From positions 32,001 to 96,000 of IMG/VR virus record IMGVR_UViG_3300045988_166195: a DNA stretch of 64,000 nt, one strand, 5' to 3'. Source of the DNA: a virus. Below are positions 1-7,532 of this stretch, piece by piece; the first letter of the stretch is position 1, and every line of letters starts with the position of its first letter. The notes beneath the pieces are model-generated. The model saw nothing but the letters and a program-made list of their open reading frames with translations, made no database searches and was not told the DNA's origin. Position numbers and translations under genes: made by a program.

Positions 1-293
1 CGGCGCGAGCCGAACAAGCGATCGAGCTCAGACCAGTACTCGGGATTACCGGAATCACCGATAGCACGAGAGGTCTGCTTGTATGGGCTGTCGCCCATTT
101 TTTCGACGCGGGTGACGATTAGTGAGGCGGGATCTTCGTTGTCGTTGAAGTTCTCCCACAACGCAACATGGTAGACGTAGTTCCAGTCATCGAACCATGT
201 CTGGCGATGCATGTAGGAGTCTTCAAAGAGGCCGACATCGGGGCCGGTCTTTTCCCATTGTCGCCAATCGATGTCGAGAGGTACGTGAGGCAT
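1..293 (-). CDS. Hypothetical protein, 5' part only; the gene continues past the window start
   Basis: Minus-strand frame is open from an ATG at 293 (MPHVPLDIDWRQWEKTGPDVGLFEDSYMHRQTWFDDWNYVYHVALWENFN...) to the window edge. A GAAGGAG Shine-Dalgarno sits 6 nt upstream. It is absent from the ORF track only because no stop lies inside the window. Confidence 0.4.
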   Translation of the reverse strand, partial: MPHVPLDIDWRQWEKTGPDVGLFEDSYMHRQTWFDDWNYVYHVALWENFNDNEDPASLIVTRVEKMGDSPYKQTSRAIGDSGNPEYWSELDRLFGSR

Positions 294-310
294 GAGTGTG
301 CTCCTTCTTT

Positions 311-562
311 TCAGTTGGCGGTGTCGATGACAACCACGACAAATTCCATCTCAAACTTGTCATAGAATTCCTGGACAGTCAGCTGAGTCTGCTCACCCGG
401 CATCAGCCAGAAACCGTCCCTGGTGTTGTCGCTCGACAGGAACATGAACCGCTGGCCGGAGACAAGGACGACGGTCCCAGGGACGGTAATTTTCCAGTAC
501 CCTTCCGTCCTGATCTCACCGTTACGGATGACGAGAAGAGGCTTGTCGTAGATAGTTACCAT
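311..562 (-). CDS. Hypothetical small protein (83 aa)
   Basis: Complex, non-repetitive amino-acid composition. It is co-directional with and tightly spaced to the flanking minus-strand genes. The overlapping plus-strand ORF 296-583 looks like a shadow. Confidence 0.35.
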   Translation of the reverse strand: MVTIYDKPLLVIRNGEIRTEGYWKITVPGTVVLVSGQRFMFLSSDNTRDGFWLMPGEQTQLTVQEFYDKFEMEFVVVVIDTAN

Positions 563-592
563 TGTTTTTCTTCTTTCTTCTGAAATTCTTTG

Positions 593-1081
593 CTATGAGA
601 AGAGCTTTTTGAGATTGGTTGACGGTGTGTCATTGAGGAACAACATAGTTGCGATCTGAGATCGCGATAGTTGCTGTAGCTCGTTGTCCAGATCAATGAA
701 GAAACCATCGCAAGCGATAATACGTCTATTTGCGATATGTAGTAGTTCGCCGGGCTTAGCATGCATCGCCCTATTGAGTGAGATGTCTTGACTCTTGATA
801 TTCTGCTCAGGGGATGGTTGGCTGAAATCGATATAGCATGCGTCTTCGTATTTGGGATTCTTACCTTGGACGAAGCTGGTGAATTCTGATGGGTTCAACT
901 CCCCAATAGTTTCGTTGGTGCAGATGAGGGTATCGCGAATCGTTGTGACGAATTCGTAAGTATCACCGTCGAAAAATTCAACGTGGACAATGTGAGCCTT
1001 GGGGAGACTCTTGAGCACTAGCGCCAGAATATCTGGATTGTGGACGAGATCGATGTTACTCGTGTCAATGTTGATGTTCAT
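593..1081 (-). CDS. Hypothetical protein (162 aa from an internal ATG)
   Basis: ORF 593-1105. The ATG at 1081 (MNINIDTSN...) lies 5 nt downstream of AAAGGAG. Composition is complex. No recognisable domain. Confidence 0.45.
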   Translation of the reverse strand: MNINIDTSNIDLVHNPDILALVLKSLPKAHIVHVEFFDGDTYEFVTTIRDTLICTNETIGELNPSEFTSFVQGKNPKYEDACYIDFSQPSPEQNIKSQDISLNRAMHAKPGELLHIANRRIIACDGFFIDLDNELQQLSRSQIATMLFLNDTPSTNLKKLFS

Positions 1082-1111
1082 CGGGCTCCTTTTGGGTGTT
1101 GTCAATGTGGG

Positions 1112-1240
1112 TTAGTAAGACCAATATCCTTCATCCCCATGACAGTAGAAGCAATCGCAATCATCGAAACCGTTGCAATCCGTACAGTCACATGGGAATT
1201 GATCGCTGTAGTCGCAGCAGAGACATGTGTGCTTTGTCAT
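1112..1240 (-). CDS. Unannotated 42-aa cysteine-rich peptide, MTKHTCLCCDYSDQFPCDCTDCNGFDDCDCFYCHGDEGYWSY
   Basis: Hand translation of the minus strand gives ATG at 1240 and TAA at 1112-1114. There are 10 Cys in 42 residues. An AAGAAGG-like Shine-Dalgarno lies about 11 nt upstream. It exactly fills the gap between the 76-aa membrane-protein gene and the 593-1081 gene in the same operon. It is too short for the ORF track. Confidence 0.35.
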   Translation of the reverse strand: MTKHTCLCCDYSDQFPCDCTDCNGFDDCDCFYCHGDEGYWSY

Positions 1241-1274
1241 TTCGAAATCGCCTTCTTTCGGTTGTTGTTTGTTG

Positions 1275-1505
1275 TTACCAGATCGCTGGAATGAGCCAGT
1301 AGTAAATGACGTTGATCATGCCCCACAAGGCGATTACACTGGACAAGGCGCTTGGCACTCCAAAAATCATAATGATAGCGAAGCGATCTTCTTCACCCTT
1401 GCTGCCAAGAATAAAGTAGCAAGCTGCAACGAACATGGCTATCGCGGCAGCACCTGTCATTACAATAAAAATAAGTGCCTTCATGATAGCGTTAAAGGTT
1501 TCCAT
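1275..1505 (-). CDS. Small membrane protein with two predicted TM helices
   Basis: Two hydrophobic stretches: FIVMTGAAAIAMFVAACYFILG and IIMIFGVPSALSSVIALWGMINVIYYWLI. Sits in the operon. Confidence 0.4.
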   Translation of the reverse strand: METFNAIMKALIFIVMTGAAAIAMFVAACYFILGSKGEEDRFAIIMIFGVPSALSSVIALWGMINVIYYWLIPAIW

Positions 1506-1520
1506 TTTTCCTCCTGGGAT

Positions 1521-2315
1521 CTATTGAAGCTCTTCTTTCAAACCACCATCGTGGATTTCCCCATTGTGGTAGTTAATATCCCAATGGTTAGCGGTATTGA
1601 ACACTGTAATGTGCTCGGAAATGGACTGGTCGCACGATTCCATGTCGATGGTGACGGTGCGAGGGATTAGTTCGCTGTTGATGTAGTTGGGTGTCACAGC
1701 ATAGTAGAGCGGACATTGTGCGTTGGCTGGGTTATCCAGATAGTCACGCGCCTTGGTCTCTGCGTACGCCATACCGCCAGTGTGGTTGTTATCGATGCCG
1801 ACGTTCTGAGTACGTGTTCCGGTGACAAGGTTTTCTTTCACGGGATCTCCACCGAGCGAATCAGCGATCATGTGTGAGCGGTTCCAGAACCATCCGTAAT
1901 AGGGTTTGTCGTCTCTGCCATAGGTGGCACTATAGATGGTGGCCTTTCGGTTCTTTTTGGGCCATCCGGTAGGGTTGATATTGATGTCTTGCCTGCCGCG
2001 CTCTTTGGCTTGGAGCCTACTCTCGGTGGTGAGTACGCCATACGCGCACGTCGGGCGACTCAGCTCGTCGAGAGGGCAGTACGCGATGGTACCATCAGAG
2101 GATGCGTCAGTCTGGTACGGATGCTGCGCCGGGCCTCCGATGCTGTAGTAATTGCTGGTGACACCGGATTGATTGGGCTGGGGGAGGTTATTAAAGAATC
2201 CAAATAAATACCCTATCAGCGTAATAGTCAGTACCATTGCGACGATAAGGAAGATGGTTTTTCTAATCAATTCATCAGGTGAAATGTTTGGTTTAGCAAA
2301 ATAATGATTGAGCAT
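1521..2315 (-). CDS. Membrane-anchored extracellular protein with a non-specific endonuclease-like domain (paralog 1 of 3)
   Basis: N-terminal TM helix IFLIVAMVLTITLIGYLFGFF. Conserved blocks are shared with 2330-3121 and 6632-7387: YCPLDxxxRPTCAxGxL, PxGWP, NRSxxxxDSLGG, ENLxTGT, CPLYYAxxP, IPRxxTIDxESCD. These recall secreted DNA/RNA non-specific or DNA-entry nuclease families. The family assignment is from memory, not searched. Confidence 0.5.
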   Translation of the reverse strand: MLNHYFAKPNISPDELIRKTIFLIVAMVLTITLIGYLFGFFNNLPQPNQSGVTSNYYSIGGPAQHPYQTDASSDGTIAYCPLDELSRPTCAYGVLTTESRLQAKERGRQDININPTGWPKKNRKATIYSATYGRDDKPYYGWFWNRSHMIADSLGGDPVKENLVTGTRTQNVGIDNNHTGGMAYAETKARDYLDNPANAQCPLYYAVTPNYINSELIPRTVTIDMESCDQSISEHITVFNTANHWDINYHNGEIHDGGLKEELQ

Positions 2316-2329
2316 GTTTACGTCCTTTA

Positions 2330-3121
2330 CTATCTGCGAGTTTCGCCCGTGTGGTAATTGATGTCGTAGGTGGTTTCAACGTTGTAGATTGTCATTCGCT
2401 TAGAGAGCGACTGATCACACGCTTCAATATCAACTGTCAGGCTTCGTGGAATAAGCTCATCTGCCTCGTAATTAGCCGTCACCGCGTAGTACAATGGACA
2501 CTGCGCGTTGTACTGGTCATCAAGATACTGTGCGGCAAGATACTCGGGGTATTGAAGGCCGTTCTTGAAATAGCTATTACCCTTATGCCCAGAGTTATTC
2601 AGGTGTTCGGTACCTGTGATGGTGTTATTGGGAACGAAGTCACCACCTAGTTGCGTTCCGAGCATAGGGGTCTTGACCCAGAGTGGTCCGAAGTATTCAA
2701 CATAAGTATTGGTTTCGGGCCAGCCGCTGGGGTTGAAATCAACGTCGTGACGTTGGTAATTCTTACCCTTTTCACGGTTCTCTGGAGTCAGGAGACCGTA
2801 AGCGCATGTGGGACGACCGTGATCGTCAGGATCGCAGTAGGTGATGGTGCCTTCGCTTGGCTGATACGTACGTTGTGCAGGACCGTCGAATGCGATGTAT
2901 TTCTCGGATGATGAGAGCACACCAGGGCCTGAGACGAATGGGTCAGGCTGTGTAAACTTCTTATGCAGTTCGATGCCGCTATTAACCACGAGGAAGGCAA
3001 TGAAGATTGCGCCTATGAATGCGATGATTCGAGCGACGTTTTCTGGAATTCGGATTGTGCCGAAGAGGTAAAGGTCGGTTGTGGCAGGTTCTAGGTTTCG
3101 ATGCTCTCGTTCTGGGTACAT
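2330..3121 (-). CDS. Membrane-anchored nuclease-like protein (paralog 2 of 3)
   Basis: TM helix IIAFIGAIFIAFLVVNSG. Same conserved blocks as 1521-2315 (ITYCDPDDHGRPTCAYGLL, FNPSGWP, QCPLYYAVT, IPRSLTVDIEACD). Tandem arrangement. Confidence 0.5.
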   Translation of the reverse strand: MYPEREHRNLEPATTDLYLFGTIRIPENVARIIAFIGAIFIAFLVVNSGIELHKKFTQPDPFVSGPGVLSSSEKYIAFDGPAQRTYQPSEGTITYCDPDDHGRPTCAYGLLTPENREKGKNYQRHDVDFNPSGWPETNTYVEYFGPLWVKTPMLGTQLGGDFVPNNTITGTEHLNNSGHKGNSYFKNGLQYPEYLAAQYLDDQYNAQCPLYYAVTANYEADELIPRSLTVDIEACDQSLSKRMTIYNVETTYDINYHTGETRR

Positions 3122-3138
3122 GTGTTTCCTTTTCAGTT

Positions 3139-3321
3139 TTAATTCAGATGGTCTAAGAAGATTAAGCCAAGTGCAATCATTAGGAGAATGATAGCTACTG
3201 ATCCGCAGAATACGAATAGTTTCGGGATAATGAATGATCCGATGTGAATCTTCGCATTATCGGGTATTCGTGCAATGAGGGATCCATCTTCGTTCTCGAT
3301 GATTTCAATCATGGGATTCAT
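3139..3321 (-). CDS. Small membrane protein (60 aa)
   Basis: C-terminal TM segment LFVFCGSVAIILLMIALGLIFL. Sits in the operon. Confidence 0.3.
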   Translation of the reverse strand: MNPMIEIIENEDGSLIARIPDNAKIHIGSFIIPKLFVFCGSVAIILLMIALGLIFLDHLN

Positions 3322-3345
3322 AGGTATGGGGTGTCTTTTTTCTGC

Positions 3346-3582
3346 TTAGAGGGAGATAGATGGGCACCAGCCATGGCCGCTGAGCAACCACGGCACGTCG
3401 ACACGCAGCATGTCTGCGAGCATGTCGAGATCTCCAAACGTGAGATCCAGCAGCTGACCCGTCACCGATCGAATGACGTTGTGGTCAGTGTTTGGATAGA
3501 TCTGGTCACTGCGGGAGATAACCCGATCGATGAAAGCCTTCTGAGCGCTTTCACCTGTGATGTTACGGATGTTAACAGCCAT
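3346..3582 (-). CDS. Hypothetical small protein (78 aa from the internal ATG MAVNIRNITGE...)
   Basis: The C-terminal half of ORF 3346-3735 reads like a real protein. The N-terminal part of that ORF is S/P/T-rich and probably not coding. Confidence 0.3.
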   Translation of the reverse strand: MAVNIRNITGESAQKAFIDRVISRSDQIYPNTDHNVIRSVTGQLLDLTFGDLDMLADMLRVDVPWLLSGHGWCPSISL

Positions 3583-3598
3583 GGTATGAGGTCTTTCC

Positions 3599-3883
3599 TT
3601 AGTTGGTGTGCACAGATGCAAGAGTATCGAGCGTCTGTGTAACTGTGTCGAAGTGAGTGCCGCCAACGATGTAATCGGTGGCGGTGACCACGATAACGAT
3701 CGGATCGGCGTTGTTTTGAGCGCCGAGGTGCGCATGGAGAGTGATGGTACCGTCGTGACGGGACACTACATCGAAGGTGATGTCTCGGGCTTCGCTCATG
3801 AGATCGAAGGCAAGCTCGTCTGCGCGATGATCGTGTACGTTGTAAGAACGGTCGGAGCGAGCGTTCTTCTGCTTCTTGGTCAT
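3599..3883 (-). CDS. Hypothetical small protein (94 aa, MTKKQKNARSDRSYNVHDHRADELAFDL...)
   Basis: The internal ATG of ORF 3599-4411 gives a compact gene abutting the upstream SLOG-like gene. The upstream part of that ORF overlaps the SLOG gene out of frame. Confidence 0.35.
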   Translation of the reverse strand: MTKKQKNARSDRSYNVHDHRADELAFDLMSEARDITFDVVSRHDGTITLHAHLGAQNNADPIVIVVTATDYIVGGTHFDTVTQTLDTLASVHTN

Positions 3884-3911
3884 GATGATATGGGTCTTTC
3901 TGGTAGTTGTA

Positions 3912-4394
3912 TTAGTGGGTGTATGGATCAAGGACGCGATACGTTCCATGGGTGGGATGATTGGGGTTATATACCCACAAACGCTGACCCCACACAACAA
4001 GGACGGGGATTCCGGCCTGCTGCGCGAGGTCGATGCAGTTCCATGTGCCTCGGGATCCGTGGCCCCCTTGATTCTTGGGGTGATCGGGGAACGCAAGGCA
4101 AAGATCTGCTCCCAGCTCAACCATCTGCTTATTGCGGATGGGACCAGCGGCCCTGCCGTACTTCTTCCAGTCGGCTCGATGCACTTCAGTCTGGAGGTTG
4201 AACAGGCGTTGTCCGTGGAGAGCCGCTTCGGTGTCGGCTCCGGTCGCACCGCCATGGACGATGATGGGGTTCTTCTGGGTCTTGTTGAAGATGTCCTGTA
4301 CAGCGAGGCGTAGAGCGTCGGAATCGTATGGTGTCCACTGGTGTGTGCGGGAACCGGTGATGAGCAAGCGGGGCAAACGTGTTGTCTCAGACAT
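3912..4394 (-). CDS. SLOG-superfamily protein (DprA/Smf-LOG-like, DUF2493/YspA-like)
   Basis: Motifs PIIVHGGATGADTEAALHG ... ADWKKYGRAAGPIRNKQMV match the GGAxGAD Rossmann signature of SLOG and DUF2493 proteins common on phages and plasmids. The start at MSETTRLPRLL follows a GGAG Shine-Dalgarno. Confidence 0.45.
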   Translation of the reverse strand: MSETTRLPRLLITGSRTHQWTPYDSDALRLAVQDIFNKTQKNPIIVHGGATGADTEAALHGQRLFNLQTEVHRADWKKYGRAAGPIRNKQMVELGADLCLAFPDHPKNQGGHGSRGTWNCIDLAQQAGIPVLVVWGQRLWVYNPNHPTHGTYRVLDPYTH

Positions 4395-4479
4395 GCGGTT
4401 ACTCCAAGCAAAAAGAGAGAGGTGGGGGGGAATCAATACGATTCCCGGCACACGGTAGTGTGCTGAGATGGTTAATGCA

Positions 4480-4977
4480 TCAACGAACGATGGGGTGCTC
4501 GCTGTAGTAGTCGCGCATTGCGTCTTGAGTGATGATCTCATCAGTGGTGACGATGGGGAGGTGTACCAGATGAGAGAGCGATGATGATGTGTGTCGTGCG
4601 TAAGCATCTGCCCATGGAAGTTCGCGATACGTTCTTTTGCTCAGTGCGGCGTGGGTCATGCTGCCTATAGCAGCACAGACACGATCGATGAGAGCTCGCT
4701 CTCTGCACAGGGTTGGGTGCGTGAGAGCCGAGGGGTTACCGGAGGGCAGTTCTCCTGGTCGAATCAAGAGCTTGCCCCGATGAAGGTGGTAGAGCTCTGG
4801 GTTCACAGGGCCGACTACCCATGCATGAAAATCCTCTGGAAACAGAGGGGATGCGTGGCGAACAAGATGTGCAGCCTGTGCGTAAAACGCAAGCTTATGG
4901 AGCTTCAGTGTCACCATTGTGCTCTCACGAGCGAGGATGTATGCAGCGACATCCACGATGGATACAGATACAGCCAT
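4480..4977 (-). CDS. Panacea-domain protein (DUF4065, SocA/PanA antitoxin-like)
   Basis: MAVSVSIVDVAAYILARESTMVTLKLHKLAFYAQAAHLVRHASPLFPEDFHAWVVGPVNPELY. The pattern KLxKLxxYAQxxHL...F.E.F.AW..GPV..lY is the Panacea-domain hallmark. An AGAAGAGG Shine-Dalgarno precedes the ATG at 4977. Confidence 0.5.
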   Translation of the reverse strand: MAVSVSIVDVAAYILARESTMVTLKLHKLAFYAQAAHLVRHASPLFPEDFHAWVVGPVNPELYHLHRGKLLIRPGELPSGNPSALTHPTLCRERALIDRVCAAIGSMTHAALSKRTYRELPWADAYARHTSSSLSHLVHLPIVTTDEIITQDAMRDYYSEHPIVR

Positions 4978-5192
4978 GGTGTACCTCTTCTTTCTGTTGT
5001 CTGGTGAGGGGGAGGGCCGGTACCAACAGTACCGACGGATCATGATGATGCTCGGCACACGGGAGTGTGCCAAGGCTCTGTGTTATACTTAGTTATCAGG
5101 AAAAACAAAGAGCCACAACACGGATACAACAAGTAAGACAGGAGGTTGTAGTGACAGTGACTAATAGAAAAGCTGGCGAAGCAGGAGAGCCG

Positions 5193-5501
5193 ATGGTTCG
5201 GCTCAATGTGCGTATGCCAGCGAGTGTGCGTGACAAGGTGGATTATTGGGCCGAAAAAGAGGGCTTGAGCGCCAATGAGTTTATCATTGAGTGCATCGAT
5301 GGTCACGTTGCCCGTAAGAACGGAGACTACGATCTACCAACGCTAGAACAGGCGCGTCTGGCCCAGCTTGTTGATGCGCAGATCTCGTTGGCCAGCAACG
5401 TTGCAAACCTTGAGAAGACTGTCATGTCCATGGCATCGACAATCATTGGCCTGACTCGTGGTGATAGCTACCTGTTGGATGATGAAGACGGCGAAGAGTA
5501 A
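5193..5501 (+). CDS. Ribbon-helix-helix (CopG/Arc/MetJ-like) DNA-binding protein
   Basis: MVRLNVRMPASVRDKVDYWAEKEGLSANEFIIECI has a beta-strand, helix, helix layout with alternating R/N/V in the strand. The start could instead be an upstream GTG at about 5148 after GGAGG. It is divergent to the Panacea gene. Confidence 0.5.
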   Translation: MVRLNVRMPASVRDKVDYWAEKEGLSANEFIIECIDGHVARKNGDYDLPTLEQARLAQLVDAQISLASNVANLEKTVMSMASTIIGLTRGDSYLLDDEDGEE

Positions 5502-5520
5502 GAACTACAGGGAGTAAGCA

Positions 5521-6579
5521 ATGAGCAATTTTGAGTACGATGAGCCATCGCCTGAGGTGTTCGATCCTTTGTATGCGGCTCAGAAAGAGTTGCGTGAGCG
5601 TATGAATCAGCAGCCAGCCGTTGTGTCGGCGCGCTCTGCGCGTGTTGGTAATACAGCTACGGGGGCAGCGCTGAACGCGCGTCGTCAGTCTGGTGGCGGC
5701 GCAAACGGCAGTAACAACGCCGGTAATGCTTCGCCAGCAGGTGCCTCTGGTGTGGGCTCTGCGCCGCCTGAGCCGCAACGTAATGAGCCTGATGATCTGA
5801 TCACTGAAGCTGATAGCGCTGTTGCTGATCTCGATGAAAAGACTTCATCTGTTGGGGAGACACACCGCGATGAGCCCATCGAGCACGGTGAGCCGGATAG
5901 CGATGCTCAGCAGCCTCAGCAGCAGCTCCAGCAATCAGCAGAGCGCCTGTATGAGCCAGTGCCGATGGCGTTGCGTCATCGTGACGGTAGTGAAATCCCC
6001 ACGACGATCGAGGGCGATGTTCGTTTTGCCTTTGATGGTGATTCGACAAGGCCGCGAGATTTGCCTGCTGTCATCGTGCAAGCGATTCGAGACGAGCTGA
6101 CGCGCCTGGGTGCGCCAGAGCTCGGTGCTGTTCCGACGCCAAAGACGCAGAGCAAAACGCTGTCATCGGGTTCGTTGATCACAGCGTTGGTGATGAGTGC
6201 GCTCGACATCGAGATCCCCGGTGTCGACGAGAACACTCGGCGTGCTGCTGAAGTGTTGCGCACGGGGCAGGGCCGTGTGGCGGCGATCGAGATGAAGGTG
6301 GAGCAGGTGCTGGATAACCAGCAGCGCGCTCAGAAAGACCTTGATGCGATGACGAAGCGTGCGCTCAGCGCTGAGAAACAGCTCTATGAGCTGGAGCTCA
6401 TGCTCACATGGTTGCTTGTCGACAAGACTGAGCCGCGTTTGTTCAATAACGCGACTGCGCTGTCCATCGATTTGACGAACAAGACGGTGGTTGATGCACG
6501 TGCGAAGCTTCGGGAGAAAGCCCGAGAGTTGAGCAAAGACGAGTCTGTGCGGCGAGGGAATCTGAAGATCGTGGAGTAG
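5521..6579 (+). CDS. Hypothetical protein with a Gln/Ala/Ser-rich disordered middle and a coiled-coil C-terminus
   Basis: AGGGAG-like Shine-Dalgarno (acagggagtaagcaATG). The C-terminal 110 aa have heptad-like character (KVEQVLDNQQRAQKDLDAMTKRALSAEKQLYELELML). It is followed by a strong hairpin. Confidence 0.5.
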   Translation: MSNFEYDEPSPEVFDPLYAAQKELRERMNQQPAVVSARSARVGNTATGAALNARRQSGGGANGSNNAGNASPAGASGVGSAPPEPQRNEPDDLITEADSAVADLDEKTSSVGETHRDEPIEHGEPDSDAQQPQQQLQQSAERLYEPVPMALRHRDGSEIPTTIEGDVRFAFDGDSTRPRDLPAVIVQAIRDELTRLGAPELGAVPTPKTQSKTLSSGSLITALVMSALDIEIPGVDENTRRAAEVLRTGQGRVAAIEMKVEQVLDNQQRAQKDLDAMTKRALSAEKQLYELELMLTWLLVDKTEPRLFNNATALSIDLTNKTVVDARAKLREKARELSKDESVRRGNLKIVE

Positions 6580-6584
6580 TATAG

Positions 6585-6619
6585 ACAACGCCCCGTAGCT
6601 TTTGCTGCGGGGCGTTGTC
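6585..6619. terminator. Bidirectional GC-rich hairpin terminator between convergent genes
   Basis: GACAACGCCCCG-tagcttttgctg-CGGGGCGTTGTC. A 12-bp perfect stem lies between the stop of 5521-6579 and the stop of the minus gene 6632-7387. Confidence 0.5.
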
Positions 6620-6631
6620 TTCCGATGGGAA

Positions 6632-7387
6632 TTAGCGCTTGATCGGGCTAAAGGATCCATTGGAGTAGTCGATCGTGTATCCGTTGGCTGTGTTGAAGAC
6701 GATGACATGCTGGGACAATGAGCGATCGCATGATTCAATGTCAATGGTGACGATTGATGGGATTGGACTATTTCCGTCGTATTTGGGTTTTGCCGCGTAG
6801 TAGAGCGGGCATTTGTCGTGAGACGGATCATCGAGATATTGCTGCGCAAGTGTTTCTACGTACGCCATACCGCCGTCATGAGCTGTGGTCGCACCGACGT
6901 TTTGGGCGAGTGTTCCAGTGATGAGGTTTTCCTTCACAGGTTTACCACCAAGCGAATCAGGGAGAAGATATGAGCGGTTCCAGAACTCGCCGTTGTTGGA
7001 GTCGATGGTGACTTTTTCGTTGTGACTGGGCCACCCAGCTGGATCGATTTCAATGGGCTGAGGGTCGCGTTCTTTGGCTTCGGCACGAGTGTGTGTCGAC
7101 AACAGTCCTACGGCGCACGTAGGGCGTGATTGGTCATCGAGAGGGCAATATCCGATGTTCCCCATGTCGTCGGCAACGTTGTGGACATCTTGCGCTGGAC
7201 CGTCGATCACGTAGTAGTTGGTGGGGGCTGGGACGGCTGTACGGTATGTCTGTTCGATGGCCGTTTTCTCGTGGAAGTGCCAGATGTGGTATCCGAAAGC
7301 TCCGGTGGTCACGATGAGAATTGTCGTGAGAATGAACGGCATGCTCTTTTCGATGAACGGTTTGATGTTTTTAAGATTGGTGATCAC
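6632..7387 (-). CDS. Membrane-anchored nuclease-like protein (paralog 3 of 3)
   Basis: The GTG at 7387 (VITNLKNIKPFIEKSMPFILTTILIVTTG...) lies 5 nt after AAAGGAG. It gives 252 aa, matching the 263-264-aa paralogs. The blocks YCPLDDQSRPTCAVGLL, PAGWP, NRSYLLPDSLGG, CPLYYAAKP and IPSIVTIDIESCD are shared. The long N-terminal extension in the ORF track is probably not translated. Confidence 0.5.
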   Translation of the reverse strand: MITNLKNIKPFIEKSMPFILTTILIVTTGAFGYHIWHFHEKTAIEQTYRTAVPAPTNYYVIDGPAQDVHNVADDMGNIGYCPLDDQSRPTCAVGLLSTHTRAEAKERDPQPIEIDPAGWPSHNEKVTIDSNNGEFWNRSYLLPDSLGGKPVKENLITGTLAQNVGATTAHDGGMAYVETLAQQYLDDPSHDKCPLYYAAKPKYDGNSPIPSIVTIDIESCDRSLSQHVIVFNTANGYTIDYSNGSFSPIKR

Positions 7388-7532
7388 GAAAACTCCTTTT
7401 GGTGGTTGTGGCTGATGTGGGGCAAGATTGTGTGCCATAACTCTATGGTATGCTGGTTTACCAGAATAATCAATGAGCCATGGGAGGGAAGATAGGGTTG
7501 CACTACCCTTGTACCGATGATAGAATTGCCTC

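Noticed and set aside
3608-4458. Plus-strand ORFs 3608-4201, 3876-4313 and 4132-4458
   Set aside because: They overlap the better-supported minus-strand genes, the SLOG-like gene and the small proteins. They have no start signals and odd composition.
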